Of a DNA stretch of 64,000 nucleotides, positions 8,701 to 17,300 are shown in pieces. Below the pieces are notes generated by a model that worked only from the letters and a program-made list of their open reading frames with translations, had not been told where the DNA came from and did not search any database. The translations under genes and the position numbers were made by a program. Source of the DNA: Auanema rhodensis (Eukaryota > Animalia > Nematoda); NCBI GenBank assembly GCA_964057225.1, contig OZ059899.1:20708001-20772000 (forward strand). The letters are read 5' to 3'. Each line of letters starts with the position of its first letter. The first letter of the stretch is position 1.

Positions 8701-10330
8701 ATTGACTCGTAGAGACCTTTTTGGAAGACTAGCAAAATTTCAATTAGTCATACAGGAATACGATATCGAGATAAGATACCGAGAAGGCAGACTAAACAAA
8801 GTCTGTGATGCTCTCTCACGATACATTGGAGATGAAGCAAACGATCCTAAACCGGAAAAGAAAAAGAAAACAAAAGAAATTCCGAAAGCTCAAATTAATT
8901 TCGTTAATGTACCTGACATTAGAGCAATTCAAGAGGATACACCTTGGATAAAGAGAACTATCGCCGAAATAGAATACAGAACGAAAAAGAACATGCTTTC
9001 TAATGATCGTTATTGTGTTATTGACAACATGTTATACACAAAACCAAGCAGAAAACGACCACACCCAGCTTTGATTTTACCAAGGGAAAGCGAACTTATC
9101 AACAAGGTTATCGAAGAATTTCACGAAGACCCAGCAATTGGAGCACATCAAGGAATTAACAAAACTAAAGAAGCCATACTACGAAGATTCTGCTGGACAA
9201 ATATGCAAACGGACATAGCAATTTTTGTGAAACAATGCGTTAAATGCGCACAAAGGAAGAAAGATCCTCACGCTATGACCGTTCAGCCTATGGGTCAATT
9301 TGAAATACCATCAAAACCATTTGAGAGAATACATATGGATATTATGGGACCATTCCCTACTTCAAAAAGAAACAACAATTATGTCCTAACAATACAAGAT
9401 TCATTCTCCAAATGGGCGACAACCATCGCTATACCAACAATTGTCACCGATGTCATCATTGATAGATTCCTCAGGAATTTCGTATATATTTTTGGACCAC
9501 CAAATCGTTTAATAACCGATCGTGGATCTAATTTTGTATCAAAGAAATTTGAAGAAATGTGTGAAAAACTTGGCATTAAACACGAGCCAACACTCCCTCA
9601 TCAGAAAAACTCTAATGGACAAGTCGAAAGACTACACAGAACGCTAGAAGAAAGATTAACACACTATCTCAACGAAGACGTAACTGATTGGGACATGTAT
9701 TTACCAAAAATTACTTTTGCGTTAAATACAATAACACACGCAACCACAGGAATCTCTCCATACATAGCATTATTCGGAAAAGAAAGTCGTATGAGATTAG
9801 ACAAAGAATTATTCCCCGAGACATTACAACCAGAGATCTTGGAAGAAATTGAGAATACCGAATATATCAGAGGAGAAAGAAGAACCATCATTCAAGAAAA
9901 TCTTGCAAAACATCAAGAAACCGCGAAGAGAAAACATGATGGACGACAACGAATAGAAGAAAGAGATATCCGAAAAGGAGACCAAGTTATGTTAGCAATT
10001 AAAGCGCATAAACCAGGTCAAAAGCTTCGCAAATCATATGATGGACCATTTGAAGTCATCAACGTTGAAGGAAACATGGTACAACTCAAGAATCCATTTG
10101 GAAAAATTCAAGACGTACACAAAGACAATCTCAAACTTTTTGAACGCAAAATGGAGCATACAATCGCTCAAAACACGCGATCAAATACAACGATTTATGA
10201 CACGGACGACGACAGCGATATTGAGATCATAAAAGTCATAAATGGTAACGATAACTATGACTCTAGTGAAGAAACAGAACCAGAAGACCCATCGGACCAA
10301 AATTGGCTACCACCAAGAAGAAGACGATGA
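5753..10330 (+). CDS. pol: Env C-terminal half + TM + cytoplasmic tail fused in frame to Pol (aspartic protease, RT, RNase H, integrase)
   Basis: 1525-aa ORF: TM 6353-6415; LWDSGS (DSG 6689-6697) and ALIGLDF; RT motifs SPVVLVKKKD, FRFVTDFRALN, MPMGL, YLDD (8018-8029); RNase H ESDGS/IAFASRKL/TDHRPL; IN H..H..CVKC, IHMD, ITDRGSNF, GQVER, GPF. Confidence 0.96.
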   Translation: MRTILGREDIAARFVGSEILHIHVCPVVLQKTIYHNHTVNDTCYLETPVLTQEGQLLFAAPGSKDLLPHGKEINCDHVPTDVWSTDGEWKGINGTVDVSLISMWDGLHHEKITPLKFTGAHLYTNLSSRVYSMTTAIAYGASLASIRQNHVLHTIHHDPKISSAFSILKKSSDYISKANEFTKSTWNSFVDTIAGTIERTLITIGAITIIVVILIVLAFVAKIYFFKPIGMQVMHIELRDQTNDLPTYEETLELVSQPDQPIPRNIMKQYYPSFLTLVPLAMPIVYSVSNRKDQTLPLLLMTVNDRLILTLWDSGSSISYIRLSTLHYLTLNDFVKKDKSVATTANGSAFRFLGTIDLTVEIAGYEIDHTFFISRDEDCPSPALIGLDFMKTLDRQNIGMKLRPFKQTLEIGNRVVPLANGNNGNIRKTSFVINLINLNPQCIFPHQTCRIPVRLAEPISHNEVAMLQPDEEKTISTTYETAFRDVNSITMTFKNNTDHPIDLSPGNIIDKAKIGVLPQYEIFTTEHNPDYIPPEADWENKLPHFPQDFMNDLDLKDADLTKEQKDLLQLCILRNRDAFLNEDKQIGLFKGPVEHSIPLRTDMDMPRPRITRIPIGKQEEVERQVQEMLKQNIIEPSTSLFNSPVVLVKKKDETFRFVTDFRALNNVTRKQTYIIPNISDIVDMAAGSQYFSNFDLVSGFFQIALKKSDRPLTAFTTNTGTYQYRRMPMGLCGAPHTFQTAVRYLQSRCKCRLFVYLDDLLVISDTAEQHLDDIAEILREVKKLGMKIKLKKCAFARPEVKFLGLIVGRDGVKPDPQKVSAIQDYPAPKSPTGVRAFLGMVGFFRKFIKDFAHIASPLYDLTKLDMEFQWNDKSQQAVDTLKRKLIQAPVLKPPRSDRMFIIESDGSNIAVGAVLLQPEDPNEPLKNLHPIAFASRKLVKAERNYAPIEIEALGLVYALAQFRTYILGSHTICITDHRPLTSLLTRRDLFGRLAKFQLVIQEYDIEIRYREGRLNKVCDALSRYIGDEANDPKPEKKKKTKEIPKAQINFVNVPDIRAIQEDTPWIKRTIAEIEYRTKKNMLSNDRYCVIDNMLYTKPSRKRPHPALILPRESELINKVIEEFHEDPAIGAHQGINKTKEAILRRFCWTNMQTDIAIFVKQCVKCAQRKKDPHAMTVQPMGQFEIPSKPFERIHMDIMGPFPTSKRNNNYVLTIQDSFSKWATTIAIPTIVTDVIIDRFLRNFVYIFGPPNRLITDRGSNFVSKKFEEMCEKLGIKHEPTLPHQKNSNGQVERLHRTLEERLTHYLNEDVTDWDMYLPKITFALNTITHATTGISPYIALFGKESRMRLDKELFPETLQPEILEEIENTEYIRGERRTIIQENLAKHQETAKRKHDGRQRIEERDIRKGDQVMLAIKAHKPGQKLRKSYDGPFEVINVEGNMVQLKNPFGKIQDVHKDNLKLFERKMEHTIAQNTRSNTTIYDTDDDSDIEIIKVINGNDNYDSSEETEPEDPSDQNWLPPRRRR

Positions 10331-10992
10331 AAGAAATAATTTCGAGATTGATAAAATTATTGTAAAACTTTGTATCAACTCTCTTTTAAAAAACCAGAGC
10401 TATTAATATTATTATATCATTGAAAAACTTGAGTAAGACGAAATGTAAGCTAGTAATGAAAAAGCATTTCAGTTTCAAAGCATATATGATTATAAAACTT
10501 CATCAATTTCAAATAATTTCCCGTAAATAAAGAAGAAATGAAAGATAAGAGACATTATATTGCATATTCATCTGAGCAACAGTCCTTATCAAGTAGTTAA
10601 TGATTCAATTCCGGAAATTATATGGGATTTAGTTTAATTTTTTTTATTATTACAATTCGCTTTGAATACGCTGAAGAAACATGCTAGCTCCATCGATAAT
10701 ATAGCATGACTCTCGTTTCTCTATACTCAAACAAGTTAGACATGCAGCGTCGTGCCTAAAAAGCTATTTTGCGCACTCTCGCTGACAAAATATAGCCCTG
10801 GTATTCTAAAAGATTGTTTTATTCCTTAATATTCATGTATTTTCAAATAATTTTTATTAAATTCTTTTCAGATAATATTGTTTAACATTATATTGTAATT
10901 TATCTTTACTATTTTTATGTTAACATTGTAATTTTTATTTTTTTAAAACTAAACCTTCTGCTACGATTGAAACAAGCCACATACTTTGCTAT

Positions 10993-11027
10993 TCGCGAGG
11001 ACGCGACATAAACTCGAAAAAATGGCA
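10993..11027 (+). promoter_or_regulatory. Plus-strand priming region: TCGCG-AGGA-CGCGA stem-loop followed by a weak polypurine tract (GAAAAAATGGCA)
   Basis: Directly precedes the inferred 3' LTR start; GAGGAC-centred hairpins ~25 nt before the 3' LTR are familiar from Ty3/Gypsy elements; the PPT itself is atypically G-poor. Confidence 0.5.
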
Positions 11028-11364
11028 CGTTCCATTCGGAAATCAATACGTAGCAGGCGGGTTAGAATCAGACGACATGAGGCTGAGAGAGGACGACACG
11101 CCCTTCATATGGAACACAGACTTCAGCTTTGCCTTATGGAATGACTATGGATGGTTGGTCTTCCTTTCTTAGCTCTCTTTCACTTTATATCTTTATGTAG
11201 ACTTATATAACTTATTGTAATCATGTAGACAAAATAAACCTTTCTTTCTCGAGTCTTATGTTTACCCAATATGCTCTTTATCTACCGCTACATCTGGAAT
11301 ACTATCACACTCATCTTGTAGGCTTTATTGGTCTATAGGATCGACGTGAGAGCATAACGGAACG
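11028..11364 (+). repeat. 3' LTR (337 bp) with terminal inverted repeats CGTTCCATT...AACGGAACG
   Basis: 3' end fixed by comparison with the 5' LTR and by the start of the satellite; 5' end inferred from an 8/9 terminal inverted repeat and the adjacent PPT. Confidence 0.88.
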
Positions 11365-14300
11365 CCATGTACACTCAACATTGCTTCCAAAAACATTTTG
11401 ACAAAAATTTTTCCAAAAAATTTCAAAATAATTTCGCAAAAAGTAAATGTTTTTAGATTCCTTTCTCCAAGGCAAAGACGATGGACAATGCTATTCAACG
11501 AAAAAATTAATTCTGCAGGGTGAAAATCGAGGATATAAGTGTGAACTTATATCAGTTGATATCTCGGTGCATTTTTAAGCTAGCGCAAATCTGATAACAC
11601 AGATCGACGCAGCTTAAAAATCCGCATCGAATGCACTATACTACATTGAGAAACGCTTAATACAAAACTTAGTTATGATCGTTTGAAAAAAGATGCATTA
11701 GTGTATGTTGAGTTTCCATGTACACTCAACATTGCTTCCAAAAACATTTTTACAAAAATTTTTCCGAAAAATTTCGAAATAATTTCGCAAAAAGTAGATG
11801 TTTTTAGATTCCTTTTTTCAAGGCAAAGACGATGGACATTGTTATTCAACGAAAAAATTGATTCTGCAGGGTGAAAATCGAGGATATAAGTGTGAACTTA
11901 TATCAGTTGATATCTCGGTGCATTTTTAAGCTAGCGCAAATCTGATAACACAGATCGACGCAGCTTAAAAATCCGCATCGAATGCACTATACAACATTGA
12001 GAAACGCTTAATACAAAAATTAGTTATGATCGTTTGAAAAATGATGCATTAGTGTATGTTGAGTTTCCATGTACACTCAACATTGCTTCCAAAAACATTT
12101 TGACAAAAATTTTTCCAAAAAATTTCAAAATAATTTCGCAAAAAGTAAATGTTTTTAGATTCCTTTCTCCAAGGCAAAGACGATGGACAATGTTATTCAA
12201 CGAAAAAATTGATTCTGCAGGGTGAAAATCGAGGATATAAGTGTGAACTTATATCAGTTGATATCTCGGTGCATTTTTAAGCTAGCGCAAATCTGATAAC
12301 ACAGCTCGACGCAGCTTAAAAATCCGCATCGAATGCACTATACAACATTGAGAAACGCTTAACACAAAAATTAGTTATGATCGTTTGAAAAATGATGCAT
12401 TAGTGTATGTTGAGTTTCCATGTACACTCAACATTGCTTCCAAAAACATTTTGACAAAAATTTTTCCAAAAAATTTCAAAATAATTTCGCAAAAAGTAAA
12501 TGTTTTTAGATTCCTTTCTCCAAGGCAAAGACGATGGACAATGTTATTCAACGAAAAAATTAATTCTGCAGGGTGAAAATCGAGGATATAAGTGTGAACT
12601 TATATCAGTTGATATCTCGGTGCATTTTTAAGCTAGCGCAAATCTGATAACACAGATCGACGCAGCTTAAAAATCCGCATCGAATGCACTATACAACATT
12701 GAGAAACGCTTAATACAAAAATTAGTTATGATCGTTTGAAAAATGATGCATTAGTGTATGTTGAGTTTCCATGTACACTCAACATTGCTTCCAAAAACAT
12801 TTTTACAAAAATTTTTCCGAAAAATTTCGAAATAATTTCGCAAAAAGTAGATGTTTTTAGATTCCTTTTTTCAAGGCAAAGACGATGGACATTGTTATTC
12901 AACGAAAAAATTGATTCTGCAGGGTGAAAATCGAGGATATAAGTGTGAACTTATATCAGTTGATATCTCGGTGCATTTTTAAGCTAGCGCAAATCTGATA
13001 ACACAGATCGACGCAGCTTAAAAATCCGCATCGAATGCACTATACAACATTGAGAAACGCTTAATACAAAAATTAGTTATGATCGTTTGAAAAATGATGC
13101 ATTAGTGTATGTTGAGTTTCCATGTACACTCAACATTGCTTCCAAAAACATTTTTACAAAAATTTTTCCGAAAAATTTCGAAATAATTTCGCAAAAAGTA
13201 GATGTTTTTAGATTCCTTTTTTCAAGGCAAAGACGATGGACATTGTTATTCAACGAAAAAATTGATTCTGCAGGGTGAAAATCGAGGATATAAGTGTGAA
13301 CTTATATCAGTTGATATCTCGGTGCATTTTTAAGCTAGCGCAAATCTGATAACACAGATCGACGCAGCTTAAAAATCCGCATCGAATGCACTATACTACA
13401 TTGAGAAACGCTTGATACAAAAATTAGTTATGATCGTTTGAAAAAAGATGCATTAGTGTATGTTGAGTTTCCATGTACACTCAACATTGCTTCCAAAAAC
13501 ATTTTGACAAAAATTTTTCCAAAAAATTTCAAAATAATTTCGCAAAAAGTAAATGTTTTTAGATTCCTTTCTCCAAGGCAAAGACGATGGACAATGTTAT
13601 TCAACGAAAAAATTGATTCTGCAGGGTGAAAATCGAGGATATAAGTGTGAACTTATATCAGTTGATATCTCGGTGCATTTTTAAGCTAGCGCAAATCTGA
13701 TAACACAGCTCGACGCAGCTTAAAAATCCGCATCGAATGCACTATACAACATTGAGAAACGCTTAACACAAAAATTAGTTATGATCGTTTGAAAAATGAT
13801 GCATTAGTGTATGTTGAGTTTCCATGTACACTCAACATTGCTTCCAAAAACATTTTGACAAAAATTTTTCCAAAAAATTTCAAAATAATTTCGCAAAAAG
13901 TAAATGTTTTTAGATTCCTTTCTCCAAGGCAAAGACGATGGACAATGTTATTCAACGAAAAAATTAATTCTGCAGGGTGAAAATCGAGGATATAAGTGTG
14001 AACTTATATCAGTTGATATCTCGGTGCATTTTTAAGCTAGCGCAAATCTGATAACACAGATCGACGCAGCTTAAAAATCCGCATCGAATGCACTATACTG
14101 CATTGAAAAACGCTTAATACAAAAATTAGTTATGATCGTTTGAAAAAAGATGCATTAGTGTATGTTGAGTTTCCATGTACACTCAACATTGCTTCCAAAA
14201 ACATTTTGACAAAAATTTTTCCAAAAAATTTCAAAATAATTTCGCAAAAAGTAAATGTTTTTAGATTCCTTTTTTCAAGGCAAAGACGATGGACAATGTT

Positions 14301-17300
14301 ATTCAACGAAAAAATTATTTCTGCAGGGTGAAAATCGAGGATATAAGTGTGAACTTATATCAGTTGATATCTCGGTGCATTTTTAAGCTAGCGCAAATCT
14401 GATAACACAGATCGACGCAGCTTAAAAATCCGCATCGAATGCACTATACAACATTGAGAAACGCTTAATACAAAAATTAGTTATGATCGTTTGAAAAATG
14501 ATGCATTAGTGTATGTTGAGTTTCCATGTACACTCAACATTGCTTCCAAAAACATTTTTACAAAAATTTTTCCGAAAAATTTCAAAATAATTTCGCAAAA
14601 AGTAAATGTTTTTAGATTCCTTTTTCCAATGCAAAGACGATGGACAATGTTAATCAACGAAAAAATTAATTCTGCAGGGTGAAAATCGAGGATATAAGTG
14701 TGAATTTATATCAGTTGATATCTCGGTGCATTTTTAAGCTAGCGCAAATCTGATAACACAGATCGACGCAGCTTAAAAATCCGCATCGAATGCACTATAC
14801 TACATTGAGAAACGCTTGATACAAAAATTAGTTATGATCGTTTGAAAAAAGATGCATTAGTGTATGTTGAGTTTCCATGTACACTCAACATTGCTTCCAA
14901 AAACATTTTGACAAAAATTTTTCCAAAAAATTTCAAAATAATTTCGCAAAAAGTAAATGTTTTTAGATTCCTTTCTCCAAGGCAAAGACGATGGACAATG
15001 TTATTCAACGAAAAAATTAATTCTGCAGGGTGAAAATCGAGGATATAAGTGTGAACATATATCAGTTGATATCTCGGTGCATTTTTAAGCTAGCGCAAAT
15101 CTGATAACACAGATCGACGCAGCTTAAAAATCCGCATCGAATGCACTATACAACATTGAGAAACGCTTAACACAAAAATTAGTTATGATCGTTTGAAAAA
15201 TGATGCATTAGTGTATGTTGAGTTTCCATGTACACTCAACATTGCTTCCAAAAACATTTTTACAAAAATTTTTCCGAAAAATTTCGAAATAATTTTGCAA
15301 AAAGTAGATGTTTTTAGATTCCTTTTTTCAAGGCAAAGACGATGGACATTGTTATTCAACGAAAAAATTGATTCTGCAGGGTGAAAATCGAGGATATAAG
15401 TGTGAACTTATATCAGTTGATATCTCGGTGCATTTTTAAGCTAGCGCAAATCTGATAACACAGATCGACGCAGCTTAAAAATCCGCATCGAATGCACTAT
15501 ACTACATTGAAAAACGCTTAATACAAAAATTAGTTATGATCGTTTGAAAAAAGATGCATTAGTGTATGTTGAGTTTCCATGTACACTCAACATTGCTTCC
15601 AAAAACATTTTTACAAAAATTTTTCCGAAAAATTTCGAAATAATTTCGCAAAAAGTAGATGTTTTTAGATTCCTTTTTTCAAGGCAAAGACGATGGACAT
15701 TGTTATTCAACGAAAAAATTGATTCTGCAGGGTGAAAATCGAGGATATAAGTGTGAACTTATATCAGTTGATATCTCGGTGCATTTTTAAGCTAGCGCAA
15801 ATCTGATAACACAGATCGACGCAGCTTAAAAATCCGCATCGAATGCACTATACTACATTGAAAAACGCTTAATACAAAAATTAGTTATGATCGTTTGAAA
15901 AAAGATGCATTAGTGTATGTTGAGTTTCCATGTACACTCAACATTGCTTCCAAAAACATTTTTACAAAAATTTTTCCGAAAAATTTCGAAATAATTTTGC
16001 AAAAAGTAGATGTTTTTAGATTCCTTTTTTCAAGGCAAAGACGATGGACATTGTTATTCAACGAAAAAATTGATTCTGCAGGGTGAAAATCGAGGATATA
16101 AGTGTGAACTTATATCAGTTGATATCTCGGTGCATTTTTAAGCTAGCGCAAATCTGATAACACAGATCGACGCAGCTTAAAAATCCGCATCGAATGCACT
16201 ATACTACATTGAAAAACGCTTAATACAAAAATTAGTTATGATCGTTTGAAAAAAGATGCATTAGTGTATGTTGAGTTTCCATGTACACTCAACATTGCTT
16301 CCAAAAACATTTTTACAAAAATTTTTCCGAAAAATTTCGAAATATTTTCGCAAAAAGTAGATGTTTTTAGATTCCTTTTTTCAAGGCAAAGACGATGGAC
16401 ATTGTTATTCAACTAAAAAAAATTGATTCTGCAGGGTGAAAATCGAGGATATAAGTGTGAACTTATATCAGTTGATATCTCGGTGCATTTTTAAGCTAGC
16501 GCAAATCTGATAACACAGATCGACGCAGCTTAAAAATCCGCATCGAATGCACTATACTACATTGAGAAACGCTTGATACAAAAATTAGGTATGATCGTTT
16601 GAAAAATGATGCATTAGTGTATGTTGAGTTTCCATGTACACTCAACATTGCTTCCAAAAACATTTTGACAAAAATTTTTCCGAAAAATTTCGAAATAATT
16701 TCGCAAAAAGTAAATGTTTTTAGATTCCTTTCTCCAAGGCAAAGACGATGGACAATGTTATTCAACGAAAAAATTAATTCTGCAGGGTGAAAATCGAGGA
16801 TATAAGTGTGAACTTATATCAGTTGATATCTCGGTGCATTTTTAAGCTAGCGCAAATCTGATAACACAGATCGACGCAGCTTAAAAATCCGCATCGAATG
16901 CACTATACTACATTGAAAAACGCTTAATACAAAAATTAGTTATGATCGTTTGAAAAAAGATGCATTAGTGTATGTTGAGTTTCCATGTACACTCAACATT
17001 GCTTCCAAAAACATTTTTACAAAAATTTTTCCGAAAAATTTCGAAATAATTTCGCAAAAAGTAGATGTTTTTAGATTCCTTTTTTCAAGGCAAAGACGAC
17101 GGACATTGTTATTCAACGAAAAAATTGATTCTGCAGGGTGAAAATCGAGGATATAAGTGTGAACTTATATCAGTTGATATCTCGGTGCATTTTTAAGCTA
17201 GCGCAAATCTGATAACACAGATCGACGCAGCTTAAAAATCCGCATCGAATGCACTATACTACATTGAAAAACGCTTAATACAAAAATTAGTTATGATCGT

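Larger units (their letters stand above)
1..11364 (+). mobile_element. Ty3/Gypsy (Metaviridae-like) LTR retroelement / endogenous retrovirus-like element with gag-env-pol organisation; 5' end lies ~96 bp upstream of the window
   Basis: Direct repeats at 1-241 and 11124-11364; PBS right after the 5' LTR; Gag capsid-like domain; pol order PR(DSG)-RT(YLDD)-RNaseH-IN with a GPF motif, typical of Ty3/Gypsy; 3' end abuts satellite mid-monomer. Confidence 0.96.

Noticed and set aside
1580-9891. Short minus-strand and alternative-frame ORFs overlapping gag/env/pol
   Set aside because: Shadow ORFs of the long + strand frames with no recognisable motifs.
10040-10330. Chromodomain or downstream env after integrase
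   Set aside because: The C-terminus after the GPF module is an acidic low-complexity tail, and the 3' UTR has no substantial ORF.
1-11364. Bel/Pao or Ty1/Copia classification
   Set aside because: Integrase follows RT-RNase H (excludes Copia). The RT motifs, GPF module and absence of the Bel/Pao triple-CCHC Gag favour Ty3/Gypsy.
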